Below are positions 21,852 through 33,816 of a stretch of 64,000 nucleotides of DNA, one piece after another. Every line of letters begins with the position of its first letter. Position 1 is the stretch's first letter. The DNA comes from Candidatus Dojkabacteria bacterium. GTDB taxonomy: Bacteria; Patescibacteriota; Dojkabacteria; JAHIVN01. A model generated the notes under the pieces. The model was not told the origin of the DNA and did no database searches. It saw only the letters and a program-made list of their open reading frames with translations. Position numbers and translations under genes: made by a program. The stretch is taken from positions 1,759 to 65,758 of the forward strand of contig JAFGDO010000010.1 in the NCBI GenBank assembly GCA_016932045.1. The letters are read 5' to 3'.

Positions 21852-23645
21852 ATGATTATCAAACTGCACCCGAATCTCATAAACAAAATTGCGGCAGGAG
21901 AGGTTGTAGAACGTCCAGCCTCAGTTCTAAAAGAGCTCATAGAGAATTCTATAGATGCTGACGCGACAAAGATTAGTATAAATCTTGAGAAAGCAGGCAC
22001 TGAGCATATCGAGGTAGTTGATAATGGAGTAGGGATGGATAAGGAAGATGCTAAACTTGCACTCGAGTCCCATACAACCTCAAAAATTTCCACTGTTCAA
22101 GACCTAGAAGCTATTGAAACAATGGGATTTAGAGGCGAAGCTCTAGCTTCAATAGCATCAGTATCACAATTTGAGCTCATAACTATGTCCGAAAAAGGAG
22201 AAGTTGGAACAAAAGTGACAGTACTTAAAAAAGGCAGCTTGAAAACAGAAGAATTTTCAACAAATCAGGGCACAAAAGTAGTTGTGAAGAATTTATTCTA
22301 TAACGTTCCTGCAAGACGGAAATTTTTAAGATCAATCAACACTGAGTACAAGCATATCTTAACTACTTTTCATAATTATGCCCTTGCATTTCCTCATATT
22401 CATTTCACTTTATCCCATAACAAAAAAACTGTCTATAATTTACCATCGGTAGGGAAGGAAAGTTTCAGTGATGAACTGCTAGTTAGAATTAATGATTTAC
22501 TAGGAAATCAAATTGCAACCAATCTAGTTCCGATTGTGTATAACTCTCCGTACATACAAATCAGCGGATTTGCAGGACACCCTAAAATAGCAAGGAGACA
22601 AAGGAGTTATCAGTTAATATTTTTGAACAGAAGACCGATCGCTGATAAATTAATTACAAAGGCAGTATATAACTCGTACCATGGTTTGATACCAAAGGAC
22701 AAGTATCCTATATTCTTCATGTTTTTGAAGATAGATCCATCGAAAATTGACGTAAACGTTCACCCCAGAAAAAGTGAGGTGCGCTTCTCAGATTCTCAAC
22801 TAATTTTCCGTTCTGTTATGGACAGCGCCAAACACTCGCTCCTAAAGTTTTTAAAAAGCGATGCGGAGAGAGCTATTGACACATACTCGCACCTCACGAA
22901 AAGAGTGCCAACCACTAGGGAAGAGGTTACAACATCAACTAAAGGTCAAAAAAGATGGTCTCAAATTGATCAATTTCCTAAGAGAGAATTTACCAAAGAG
23001 AATCTCATACAAGAATCGATAAAATTCACAAGGGCACTATTAAAAAGTGACGATTTAGTAAATTTCGCTATACCCAAATCTTTTCAAATTTTTAACAGTT
23101 ATATAGTTCTTGAGAAAGGTGACACAATTCAGATCATAGATCAGCATGCTGCAGCAGAAAGAGTGACATTCGAAAAACTAAATGAACAGTTTAAGAGAGG
23201 AACAGTTGAAACCCAGGAACTGCTTATTCCGGAAATTGTAGAACTCAACAAAGTACAATTCATAAATTTAACTGAGAATAGGGAAGGTCTTCATAAATTA
23301 GGCTTGAAAATATCTATATTTGGGAAAAAAGCCGTTAAAGTTACAGCCATACCGGCAATGTTAGCAAGGACCAATATCAAAGAGCTAATTCTTGATATTG
23401 TGTCCGAATTAGAAGAAACACAAGATAAAAATACCGAAAGCCTAGAAGACCAGATAGAACAACTCATAGCTACTATGGCATGTCATACAAGCATAAGAGC
23501 AGGAATGAAGCTGACTACTCGGGAAATAGATGATCTTATTAGAAAGTTATTAAAATGCAAGAATCAGTATGCCTGCCCGCACGGAAGACCTATCACGTGG
23601 GAGCTCAAACGTAAAGATCTTGAAAAGAATTTTGAGAGACATTAG
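21852..23645 (+). CDS. mutL: DNA mismatch repair endonuclease MutL
   Basis: IAAGEVVERPASVLKELIENS, GFRGEALASI, DVNVHP, DQHAAAER, ACH, CPHGRP. Confidence 0.97.
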   Translation: MIIKLHPNLINKIAAGEVVERPASVLKELIENSIDADATKISINLEKAGTEHIEVVDNGVGMDKEDAKLALESHTTSKISTVQDLEAIETMGFRGEALASIASVSQFELITMSEKGEVGTKVTVLKKGSLKTEEFSTNQGTKVVVKNLFYNVPARRKFLRSINTEYKHILTTFHNYALAFPHIHFTLSHNKKTVYNLPSVGKESFSDELLVRINDLLGNQIATNLVPIVYNSPYIQISGFAGHPKIARRQRSYQLIFLNRRPIADKLITKAVYNSYHGLIPKDKYPIFFMFLKIDPSKIDVNVHPRKSEVRFSDSQLIFRSVMDSAKHSLLKFLKSDAERAIDTYSHLTKRVPTTREEVTTSTKGQKRWSQIDQFPKREFTKENLIQESIKFTRALLKSDDLVNFAIPKSFQIFNSYIVLEKGDTIQIIDQHAAAERVTFEKLNEQFKRGTVETQELLIPEIVELNKVQFINLTENREGLHKLGLKISIFGKKAVKVTAIPAMLARTNIKELILDIVSELEETQDKNTESLEDQIEQLIATMACHTSIRAGMKLTTREIDDLIRKLLKCKNQYACPHGRPITWELKRKDLEKNFERH

Positions 23646-23679
23646 TTGTAAGTTTAGATTCAAAAGAAACCTTTCACAG

Positions 23680-24999
23680 ATGAACAGATGCAAATATAAT
23701 ATTCTGAAGCTTAAAAACGGATTGAAGGTTTTAGTTTACCCTCAAAGTCATGTAAATTCTATCTCAGTAAGCGCAGCAGTTAGAGCAGGACACATAAGTG
23801 AAAATCCCGAAGAAAATGGAATAGCTCACCTACTTGAGCATACACTCTTTGATGGAACTCAAGAATTCCCGACCTATCAAGATTTAACTGATTTTTTCGA
23901 TAAGATGGCAGGAGGGTATAGTGGTTCAACCTCGCTTGAGACGATTAATTTATTCGGAACTTTTGTAGATGAAGAGATGCAAAATGCATTCTATACTCTC
24001 GAACAGATCTTGTTTCATCCTTTAATATCAGAAAAAGATGTGGCGCGAGAAAAAGATGTGCTTATGAATGAGCTTTCAGAGTACGAGGACTCTCCTGATT
24101 ACCTACATTTCCTTGAAACAAAAAAACTTAGATTTAAGGGGAAGACAATTCTTTCGATGCCACCAGGAGGTACATCGGAAAGTGTCCGGGAGATTAACTC
24201 AAATCAAATTAAAGCTTTCCATCAAAAATATTTCCAACCAGGCAATATCAATATTGTAATCGCAGGAAGATGTAATACAAGAGATGTGGAAAGAGTAGTG
24301 CAAAAAACATTTCAAAGCAAAGAAAATAAGAAAGTCGCACATAAAGAATTCTCATACAAGCAGTTTTCGGACAAAGCAATAAAGATTCTTGCCAGACGAT
24401 CAAAAAAAGCTTATATACGGATAACTTTTCCCTCGTTAAGCTGGAAACACCCCTCAATTGAAAGAGTCGCCTTAAATTATCTTTGTACTCTTTTTTCAAA
24501 TCATAGAGCTAGCTTGCTTTACTCTAAACTCAGAGAAAAGCTAGGCTGGATATATGATATTGGTACGGATCACTATGTAGGTTTTGATATAGGAGCTCTT
24601 GAAATCATAACCTCAACTCCTCCTGAAAAGAGTTTACTTGTTACCGAGGAAATTTTAAAGGCCATCAAGCATGTGAGAACCCATATATTTGATATAAAAA
24701 GGATAAAACAGCTTGTGGAGATTGACCGAAAGAACATGAAGATGTCGCTTGATACAACAGAAGATATAGTTAACTGGTTTCAGGGTGAGATGATTTACCG
24801 ATATCCTAAAATAATGCTTCCAAAAGACTTCATTGAAGTATATAATGAAATTGATGCTAAACTCGTCCAGAAGGTTGCTAGAGATGTTTTTGATTGGAAG
24901 AGACTTAATATCTGTGTTTTACAGCAATTAAGTCCTATCAAAAGAGCTCAATTCAGATCAAGAATTAATGGGCTGATTGATAAATATTCGGAGGAATAG
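23680..24999 (+). CDS. M16 family zinc peptidase
   Basis: GIAHLLEH inverted zinc motif; LREKLGWIY; likely ATG at 23680. Confidence 0.9.
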   Translation: MNRCKYNILKLKNGLKVLVYPQSHVNSISVSAAVRAGHISENPEENGIAHLLEHTLFDGTQEFPTYQDLTDFFDKMAGGYSGSTSLETINLFGTFVDEEMQNAFYTLEQILFHPLISEKDVAREKDVLMNELSEYEDSPDYLHFLETKKLRFKGKTILSMPPGGTSESVREINSNQIKAFHQKYFQPGNINIVIAGRCNTRDVERVVQKTFQSKENKKVAHKEFSYKQFSDKAIKILARRSKKAYIRITFPSLSWKHPSIERVALNYLCTLFSNHRASLLYSKLREKLGWIYDIGTDHYVGFDIGALEIITSTPPEKSLLVTEEILKAIKHVRTHIFDIKRIKQLVEIDRKNMKMSLDTTEDIVNWFQGEMIYRYPKIMLPKDFIEVYNEIDAKLVQKVARDVFDWKRLNICVLQQLSPIKRAQFRSRINGLIDKYSEE

Positions 25000-25063
25000 T
25001 AGTTGGATGGTCGAAGCCAATCAGCTAATAAGCTAAAAGCTAACAAGCTAAAAAGCTAATAAA

Positions 25064-26083
25064 ATGAACCAAAAAGAACTAGCCGAAATAAAACAAGCAA
25101 TTCTTAAAAAGGTTGAAGAATTCGACACCTTCGCCTGTCTAGTTTCAGATCCTGATGAGGACGCTATTGCTTCAGGCCTTGCAATGGAAGAAGTTCTTGA
25201 ACAGCTCGGGAAAAACGTAAAACTTTATACAAGCTATGACGTAGAAGACTATTCTTATCTGCCTCGAAGTGAAAAGTATATACATCAAGATATTGCCTCG
25301 GTTGATTTAAGTATATTTGAATGTTTAATATTTCTTGATTGTGCCAGTCCTGAGAGGGTTTTACTGCCGCATGCAAGGATTGAGGAGTTTAAACTGCCTG
25401 ATAACGTTTTCGTTATTAATATAGACCATCATGAAACCAAAGAACCGTTTGGTGATTTAAATTATATTTCAACAAGCTTATCTTCATCTTCCGAAGGTAT
25501 TTATGATATTTTCAAAGACAAAGTAAAGCTTACACCATCTCTTTCTACAAATTTGCTTGCTGCAATAATAGGTGACACCGACTGCTTTAAACATACCGCT
25601 ATTACTACGCCAAAAACACTAAGGATTGCCGCAGATCTAATTGAGAATAATGCAAAGCATAAGCTTATCATTCAGAATATCTTTTATTCCTTTGCTGAAA
25701 AAGTAGTTGATTTGAATATAGATGCGATAAAAAACATAAAGGTAAAGCAGGTCGGGAAATACAGATATGCCTATGCAACATTTAACCCCAAAAAATTTGG
25801 TTTCACAGATGTCACAAGAGATCAAAGAGCACTAACACAGGAAAATGTGATTAGGACCATTAAGGGCATCGACTTTTCAATTGTAATTACTCCACTTGAA
25901 GATGGGATAATTAAACTTTCCTTTCGCTCTTCGAATGTTTACGTAAGACCTATAGGTGAACACTTCGGTGGAGGAGGGCACAATGAAGCTGCGGGAGCAA
26001 CTATCAATATGACAGAAAAAGAATTCTGGCAAAAGTTAGAAAAATATCTTGAGACTGCAGAATTACCCGAAATCAAAAATTGA
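25064..26083 (+). CDS. DHH/DHHA1 phosphoesterase (NrnA-like)
   Basis: DPDED, FLDC, IDHH, GDT, SFRS, GGGGH. Confidence 0.88.
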   Translation: MNQKELAEIKQAILKKVEEFDTFACLVSDPDEDAIASGLAMEEVLEQLGKNVKLYTSYDVEDYSYLPRSEKYIHQDIASVDLSIFECLIFLDCASPERVLLPHARIEEFKLPDNVFVINIDHHETKEPFGDLNYISTSLSSSSEGIYDIFKDKVKLTPSLSTNLLAAIIGDTDCFKHTAITTPKTLRIAADLIENNAKHKLIIQNIFYSFAEKVVDLNIDAIKNIKVKQVGKYRYAYATFNPKKFGFTDVTRDQRALTQENVIRTIKGIDFSIVITPLEDGIIKLSFRSSNVYVRPIGEHFGGGGHNEAAGATINMTEKEFWQKLEKYLETAELPEIKN

Positions 26084-26936
26084 ATTTTTCATTCTTACAT
26101 AAATTCTCGTAAAAATATACTTCGCAACGTTCTTTTTTCACAAGATGCTATCATTACTACAAGACAAGCTGTGAAACGCCGGTTCCACAGAATTATCCAC
26201 AAGTAATCTCCATCCGTGATCATTCCCAGACACAAACAACATTAAAACTGTGCATTTCTAGAACACAAGAAGGCTAGTATCCGCACATACCAGATCTTTC
26301 AACTTTATTCATCATTATATTATACCCACTACTCGTACCATCTCCTACGATATTACCAACGATATTAAGCTATCTACTATAAGTTGCACAGACCACTAGC
26401 TTAATATATAATCACGGCAACCATGCAAGTGCGAAAAAATGATCAAAATAGTCAATTTATTTTAAGGACCTTTTTTAAGATTCTAACCGCCTCTGTTTAT
26501 ATAAATCTGTTTTTCGGTCTCACGACTCCACTCTTGCTAAATAAATAACTAAGAATCAATTTCCAATCCACGATCTACAATCTACAATTAAACAACATGT
26601 CAATATAGCAATATAGCAATATATCAATTATACAATTATTCAATGATTCGCTTGAGAATCAAGAATGAAGAATTAAAAATTAACAATGAAACAATTTGGC
26701 AATGCAACTATTCCATTATTATAAGCTCTAGGAAATATTTTTCTTCCTCCAGCATCTACTTCTATTTTCCTATTCTCCATCAAAGAGAAGACTACATTTA
26801 CAATTAAGGGTGTACATACTCTACCAGGCTTAATGCAACTTGCATTTTTTCTATATTTATGAGTAAATTAATATGCTTATATTAAATAGAGATATAACTT
26901 CATTTATTAAAATATAAAATTTTAATCCCACCAAAA

Positions 26937-29900
26937 ATGTTTAAAGCTCTATTCCAAGTAAGAAAATTTTCCTCAAAAGTGTTACCTTTAGCGGTAACTT
27001 TTTTTATATTAGGAAATTATTTTCTTCCTTTATTTAACATTGTCGATTTTAGTGTAAATGCAGCACCAAATGTACCAACCAATCTTGGGTGGAATACATC
27101 TGCAACTCATCCTGGTAATCCTGGATACAGACCAGTTGAAATTACCTGCGGAGGATATACGAATCAAAACTCAGTAGCTCATAACTGGAGTGATGAGTCT
27201 GCAAGTGGTGCAGTAAGTTACGAGAGACAATGGCGGGCACCTGGATCTGCAACTTGGAGTACAGATCCAACTTCATACGTTAATCCTTACACCTCATTTA
27301 GTTCTTTTGGTGGAGGTGGAGGCACAGAGGGAATATGGAATACAAGAGTACGAGGATATGATGCTACCGGAGATCCAAGTGCTTGGAGCAATGAATGCCA
27401 AATCACATATGATGTAACCGCCCCAGTTGTACAAATAACCAGCCCAGGTGACGGAAATGTACTTAACGGCTTTGTAGACATACGAGGAAGTGTCACTGAC
27501 ACTAATCCTGATCATTATTATCTTGTTGTAAGAGAATTAGATAACACAGTAATTGATGGTCCTGGCACTGTTTACAGGTATGACTCTTTCACAGATGAAT
27601 TGCTTTTTACATGGGACACTACTTCAGTTACAGACGGGGATTATATAATCCATCTGGCCGCTCGAGATGCTGCTGGGAATAGAGATGATGCGGCCGGATC
27701 ACTTCATAGGATAACAGTAACAGTAGATAACACAGCACCGCCAACTCCTTCTCTTGTTTGGCCAACAGATGGTGCAGTTATTCATCCATCTATAGCTATT
27801 CTTGATTGGACTGATGAAACCGATCCGCATGGACCTGTTACTTACAACTATCAAAGCTCTTGGAGCGGTGGTTCTTTTGGTCCTGTTTCTACTGGCACAA
27901 ATTCTTTTATAAATGCTACTGGCAGTGCTGATAATACTTATCTATGGTAAGTTCAGGCCTGTGATAGTTTAAACAATTGCAGTGCCTGGTCAGGTCCTTG
28001 GGAAGTCACTATTGACGGCACTCCACCTTACTCAAATTTCCTAACTCCAACTGATAATTCCTACCATAACTCTCCCATTAATATTTCCGGATTAACAGCC
28101 GACGATGGAAGTGGAGTAGATTATGTTGATATATCCTGGACTACTTATAATGGAGCATCTTGTGACGACTTGAGCTGGGCTTACCTTACAACATTTGATA
28201 ACACGGATAATGATACACCTTTTAACTGGCCGGAGTCCCCTTACGCTTGGACTCCAGCATCAGAGGGAAGCTACTGTCTTATGGCTGAAGGTACTGATAA
28301 TGCCGGTAATCTGGAAACAACTGCATATGCAACCAATGTTGTTTATGATACGACAGCTCCATTGGTGCAAATTACAAACCCAAGCGACGGAGATCTGGTA
28401 AATGGAACTGTAAACATTCAAGGATCAGTAACCGATGATAATCTTTGGAGATACTGGTTTGTTGTACAAAATTCTGGAGGTACAACTGTAGCTGGACCAG
28501 GGACTGTCTATCATGACGGACCGATTGTAAATGTTAATTTGGGATGGGATACAACTGCTGTTCCTGATGGAGACTATACCATAAAACTTGAAGCACGTGA
28601 TAAAGCAGACAATAAAGATCCAATCGACTCTGTCCACTGGATAACAGTAACAGTAGATAATACAGCACCGCCAACCCCTTCTCTTGTTTGGCCGTCAGAT
28701 GGTGCCGTTATTCATCCATCCATAGCCATTCTTGATTGGACCGATGAAACTGATCCACATGGACCTGTTACATACAACTATCAAAGCTCCTGGAGCGGTG
28801 GCTCTTATGGCCCAGTTTCAACAGGAACGAATTCTTTCATTAACGCTACAGGTAGCGCTGATAATACTTACTTCTGGCAAGTTCAAGCTTGTGATAGTTT
28901 GAATAATTGTAGCGCTTGGTCGAGTCCTTGGGAAGTTACTATTGACAGTACACCTCCTTACTCTACATTCTTCGAACCAACAGATAATTCCTATCACAAT
29001 TCACCGATCGCAATTAGTGGACAGACAGCAGATGATGGAAGCGGTGTTGATTACGTAGATATATCATGGACCACCTATAACGGAGCATCTTGTGATGATT
29101 TAGGTTGGACATACCTAACAACATTTAACAATACTGATAATGACACGCCATTTAATTGGCCTGAATCCCCTTATGCTTGGACTCCAGCATCAGAAGGTAG
29201 CTATTGTCTGATGGCTGAAGGCACTGATAATGCGGGTAACCTTGAAACGACAGCTTACGCTACAAACGTTGTTTACGACACAACAGCTCCATATGTTGAG
29301 ATCACAGATCCTCTAGATGGTCAATATGTTAATGGTACTGTTGATATCTGGGGTTTTATCATAGATGATAATCTGAGTCACTATAATATTGCTATTTATC
29401 CAGGAGGTGTTGATACATGGAACTTTTCCGAAAGACTTGAACAACAGACAGTATACACATCAGAATTTGGAAATTCACAAATCTACTCGTGGGATACAAC
29501 AATCTATCCTGATGGGGACTATCAGATCCGTTTAGCTGCACGTGATTTAGCAGGTAATAGGGACCCGATGACTCCATCTTATCCCAATGAGATAGGAGAT
29601 TCAGTTCACATAATCACAGTTACAGTTGACAACACAGCTCCAACGGCTATGTTTGCAAATCAGTCTGTAGATGAGACAGTTACTTCATGGCCTGGGTATT
29701 CATTACTTGTGAGTTCTGAGCCAATAGTAAATATCAACTGTTCAACACTAGAGACACTGCCAAGAAATGCAGAAACCTTACCAAATCCAGTTGCCTTTAA
29801 CTGTACATTCGAGGACCTTGCGGGAAATCTTGGAACTAGTTCATATACAGTTACTGTAAATGATATTGTACCTTCAGTAGTTGTTAATCCTTCTAGTATA

Positions 29901-30719
29901 ACAGTTACTACAGCAGATCCTGCAGTCACACTTACAGCAACAGGAAGTGGTGGTAATGCACCATTAACTTATAGCTGGTCAGGAGCCTGCGCTGGTTCAA
30001 GTAGTACCACTACCGCTCCAAGTACAGTAGGAACACACGTCTGTACTGTAACAGTCACTGACGCTGATGGTGATACTGCTTCTGCAACAGCCACAGTTAC
30101 TGTAAATCCAGCTTCAACACCACCTGCCGGAGGACAACCAGGAACAGGTGCAGGAGGAGGAACTGTTGGCACACAGGTGACAGTTCTTGGTGCAGAAACC
30201 GGAGGTGAAGGAGAGGTAAACGGTGATGCAGAGTCAGACGAACAGGAAGAAGACGGTGAAGTCCTTGGAGAAGAAGAGTGTGAAAATAAATCTAAAGTAA
30301 GAGGCTACATCTACTATGATAACAATGACAATGATCAGAAGGATAAAGGAGAAGAAGGACTTGAAAGTATAGAGGTTAAAATCTATCTAGAAAAGGACGG
30401 AGAAAAAGATGTTGTAACAACAGAGAGAACAGATGAGAATGGATATTGGGAAGCAGAGGTTTGTCCGGGAGAATATAAAGCAGAGATAAATAAAGACGAT
30501 CTTCCCGAAAATGTCGCTCTCTCAAGCGATGAAGTTCTAGGACTTAGTGTAAAAGAAGATGAAGAAATGAATGATATAAACTTCACTGTAAAGAAAACCC
30601 AAGGAATTGACTTCAGCTGGTGGTGGTGTCTAGTACCTCTTGCTATAGTCGCTCTTGTTTATCTTGCCAGTAAATTCTTTAAGCCGAAAGAAGAACAGGA
30701 TGTTAAGGTCGGGATGTAG
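26937..30719 (+). pseudogene. Large surface protein (about 1260 codons; FN3/Ig-like repeats, SdrD-B-like domain, C-terminal TM) interrupted by one in-frame TAA at 27948
   Basis: ORFs 26937..27950 and 28170..30719 share a frame; the duplicated unit has CAA at 28878 where the first copy has TAA. Confidence 0.8.
27710..29290 (+). repeat. Intragenic direct repeat, offset 930 nt
   Basis: About 27710-28360 matches about 28640-29290, near-identical protein with many synonymous changes. Confidence 0.9.
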
Positions 30720-30751
30720 CATGAGATATAGATAATAACAAAGTTTGAGAG

Positions 30752-30778
30752 ACAAGGGGCTTAAGCCCCTTGTTTTTT
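30752..30778 (+). terminator. GGGGCTTAAGCCCC-family palindrome, copy 3, followed by a T tract
   Basis: ACAAGGGGCTTAAGCCCCTTGT-TTTTT after the surface protein gene. Confidence 0.7.
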
Positions 30779-30883
30779 CTACCATTGATTTTGACTTCCA
30801 TTTATAAATATAATATTGCAAAGTAAAAAAACTTTTGCTAGAGTGTATGGAGTTATTAGTTTACATTATTTTTCCTACTGCCA

Positions 30884-31981
30884 ATGAAAAAAAGAGCCCT
30901 AGCAGTTGCAATTGTTTCAGGATTATTTCTTTTCTCTCCCTTATTTATACTTACAGTAAATGCAGCCGACATAAGGGTGAATGAAGAAAGTGTCGTTGTA
31001 GATGAATATGTTGATGATGATCTGTATGTAAATGCAGGTTCAATTGAGATAAATGAAGATGTAAATGGAGACCTCGTCGCTGGCGGTGGACAAATTGTCA
31101 TAAACGACGACATATACGGGCACGCAATGATAGGAGGAGGAACTATTGAAATCAATGGCGATATTCGCGGAAGTCTTTTTGTTGGCGGGGGACAGATCAC
31201 TGTAAATGGAAGAATCTATGAGGATGCAAATATAGGCGGAGGAATGGTTACCTTAAATGGCGACGTTGACGATGATGTACGAATCGGCGGAGGCACCGTA
31301 TATATTAGAAGTACCGAGATTGGAGGAGATCTATTTGTTGGAGCCGGTAATGGATCCGTCTCGAATGATACTGAGGTAGGAGGAGATACACAGGTAGAAT
31401 TTGGTGATGCCCAAGGGTCAAAAGCATTTGATTTTAAAGACGTGTTTAGATTTCAACAAAGAAGTTTTGTAAGTATTCTCCTGGATTTTCTTAGAAAACT
31501 TGGGGTACTTGTTGGTTGGCTAATAGTTGGATATCTACTATTCAAATTTGCACCTGTAAAGAGCAAAACGATTGCCAATACCCTAACAGATAAGAATTCT
31601 TCTGTGATGAGTCTTGTAGTCGGAGTTGTATTTATGTTGTCACTAATAATTATAGTACCCGGTCTAATTCTTCTTACAGTGCTTGGCATTGGACAGCCTC
31701 TTTTGGGCCTATTCTTCTCACTTCTTGCAGTTGCACTTACAATTGGAGGACTATATAGTGCAACAGGATTAACAAGGATGATAATCCGCTTAAAGAAGCC
31801 GAAGTATGAAGGCCTGATGCTTCCTATGCTTATAGGAGTAACTGTCTATCAAATATTGGGTTGGATACCTTGGATATTCTGCTGTCTTGGACCGATCGTA
31901 AAGATTCTCATTACCACATGGGGAGTAGGGGGAATACTTGTTTCAAAATGGAATATGATAAAAGAATCAAAAGGTAAATAA
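30884..31981 (+). CDS. Secreted beta-solenoid repeat (bactofilin-like) protein with multi-TM C-terminus
   Basis: Signal peptide; repeated GG-x-I-x-I-N-G-D units; 4-5 TM helices. Confidence 0.75.
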   Translation: MKKRALAVAIVSGLFLFSPLFILTVNAADIRVNEESVVVDEYVDDDLYVNAGSIEINEDVNGDLVAGGGQIVINDDIYGHAMIGGGTIEINGDIRGSLFVGGGQITVNGRIYEDANIGGGMVTLNGDVDDDVRIGGGTVYIRSTEIGGDLFVGAGNGSVSNDTEVGGDTQVEFGDAQGSKAFDFKDVFRFQQRSFVSILLDFLRKLGVLVGWLIVGYLLFKFAPVKSKTIANTLTDKNSSVMSLVVGVVFMLSLIIIVPGLILLTVLGIGQPLLGLFFSLLAVALTIGGLYSATGLTRMIIRLKKPKYEGLMLPMLIGVTVYQILGWIPWIFCCLGPIVKILITTWGVGGILVSKWNMIKESKGK

Positions 31982-32008
31982 TATTTTACTTATTAATTAA
32001 TTTAAAAA

Positions 32009-32362
32009 ATGAGAAAAGTTGGAAAGATAGCAACTGCAGCGGGCACTATGTTAGCAAGCCTTTTTATGGGAGCTACAAGTGTTTCGGCTCAATCAGATTC
32101 TGCAGGCGATGTTTTTGGAGCCGGCATGAGTGCATTTATGTGCATCTGCTATGCAGTAGCAATTATTGTAGGCTTAGGACTCCTTGTATTCACAGTCATG
32201 ATGATAGTTGACGTGACAAAAAGAGATGAATCAGTCCTGCCTAACAAAACTATGTGGATGGTGCTTATGATCGTCGGAACAGTTGTTGGTGGTTTTGGTT
32301 GGATAGTAGCAATTTACTACTACTTCGCAAGGAAGAGAAAGTTAGATGCAATGGGTAAGTAG
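32009..32362 (+). CDS. Small membrane protein (PLDc N-terminal-like)
   Basis: Signal peptide ending VSAQ; MIVDVTKR...NKTMW...AIYYYF. Confidence 0.7.
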   Translation: MRKVGKIATAAGTMLASLFMGATSVSAQSDSAGDVFGAGMSAFMCICYAVAIIVGLGLLVFTVMMIVDVTKRDESVLPNKTMWMVLMIVGTVVGGFGWIVAIYYYFARKRKLDAMGK

Positions 32363-32384
32363 AACGATTAGATTAGAATAGATG

Positions 32385-32416
32385 AAAAGAGCTTTACAGA
32401 TGTAAGGCTCTTTTTT
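32385..32416 (+). terminator. Rho-independent terminator
   Basis: AAAAGAGCTTTAC-AGAT-GTAAGGCTCTTTTTT. Confidence 0.75.
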
Positions 32417-32433
32417 ATATATTATCACCTAAG

Positions 32434-32490
32434 ATAAGGGGCTTAAGCCCCTTATTATATAGTCGAAGGTTGAAAGTTAGACTTTCAACC
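32434..32490. repeat. GGGGCTTAAGCCCC-family palindrome, copy 4, plus GGTTGAAAGT-TAG-ACTTTCAACC palindrome
   Basis: Two adjacent perfect inverted repeats. Confidence 0.8.
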
Positions 32491-32572
32491 ATTTCATACT
32501 AGTCCACTTGTCTAACAGCAACCAATAAATTATAATTCTAGAAATAGCTTATTTTTTAAGTGAACAATATAA

Positions 32573-33163
32573 ATGGCTGACACATATCTGATTCCTTCCG
32601 TCATAGAAAGAACTAGAGAGGGAGAAAGGGCATATGATATTTACTCACGTCTTTTGAAAGAGCGAATAATATTTTTGGGGACAGGAATAGACAACCAGGT
32701 TGCAAATGCAGTAGTTGCTCAGCTTCTTTTCCTCCAGAAAGAAGATAGTAAAAAAGATATCATGATGTATATAAATTCACCCGGAGGCATAATATATGCC
32801 GGTCTTGCAATAATCGATACTATGAATCATATAAGCTGCAATATCTCAACAGTTGCAGTTGGCGTTGTTGCTTCAATGTCAACATTAATACTCTCAAGCG
32901 GAACTAAAGGTAAACGCTACTCACTTCCAAATAGTATGATACATATTCACCAGCCCCACGCTCCAAGTGGAGTAAAAGGGCAGGCAAGCGATATAGAAAT
33001 TGAGGCCAAAGAAATTCTTAGATTAAAAGAGCTTTCCGCAAGAATTCTTGCAAAAACTACAGGTCAAAAAAAAGGCAAAATCATACAGGATTTCGACAGG
33101 GACTTTAATATGACAGCAAAAGAAGCAAAGGATTACGGAATAATAGATAGTATAATAACGTAG
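32573..33163 (+). CDS. clpP: ATP-dependent Clp protease proteolytic subunit
   Basis: [33 protein letters not shown]. Confidence 0.96.
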   Translation: MADTYLIPSVIERTREGERAYDIYSRLLKERIIFLGTGIDNQVANAVVAQLLFLQKEDSKKDIMMYINSPGGIIYAGLAIIDTMNHISCNISTVAVGVVASMSTLILSSGTKGKRYSLPNSMIHIHQPHAPSGVKGQASDIEIEAKEILRLKELSARILAKTTGQKKGKIIQDFDRDFNMTAKEAKDYGIIDSIIT

Positions 33164-33275
33164 ATAGCTCGACGGTTGGATGGCCGGATGGCTAGGTAGC
33201 TAACCATCTAAAAAGCTGCAAGCTGATAGCTTGAAGCTTCATGACAATTATTAATTCTTCATTCTTAATTTTTAA

Positions 33276-33761
33276 TTGAATATAGTGCAAAACAAAGCTT
33301 GGATAAAAGCAGGTCTTCTTGCAGCAGGAGTTTCAATATTACTACAGCTACTTGGAACCATTTCGTGTCTAAAATGTGCATTGTGGCCTATATATTGCAC
33401 TTCGTGGTTCCTCGTTCCTTTAACCTGTGGATTTCTTGCTTCAACATGGGCTACCTTGGCTCGTGATGATCTCAGAGAAGCAGCGATTCAAGGAGCTCTT
33501 GCCGGTCTTGTTCTTGGAGTCTTAAGCGGAATTGTATCAATCAGTATAACGATAATCTCTTCAGTGCTCAACCTTAGCACGGTGACCTTCTTTAATGCTA
33601 TTGAAGAGAACAGGAATCTAACGGATTACCTGCCAATAAACACGTTAAACTTCGGAACAAGAATAGTATTTTCGACAATTGGATTTGTATTCGGGACCTT
33701 TTCAAATGTGATTCTTTCAGTTATTGGTGGTATAATCAAAGTCGCACTTTCAAAAAAATAG
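33276..33761 (+). CDS. Hypothetical membrane protein
   Basis: About 4 TM helices, GALAG motif; TTG start. Confidence 0.65.
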   Translation: MNIVQNKAWIKAGLLAAGVSILLQLLGTISCLKCALWPIYCTSWFLVPLTCGFLASTWATLARDDLREAAIQGALAGLVLGVLSGIVSISITIISSVLNLSTVTFFNAIEENRNLTDYLPINTLNFGTRIVFSTIGFVFGTFSNVILSVIGGIIKVALSKK

Positions 33762-33816
33762 CAAGCTGTTAGACTGTAAATCAGCCTGTAATCGAGGCTA
33801 GTTCTGAAAAGAACAT

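Noticed and set aside
27948-27950. Stop-codon recoding or an alternative genetic code
   Set aside because: TAA, TAG and TGA all end conserved genes at the expected positions in this window; a single C>T explains this stop.
27710-29290. DGR template/variable repeat pair
   Set aside because: Differences are mostly synonymous and not adenine-specific, and there is no reverse transcriptase in the window.
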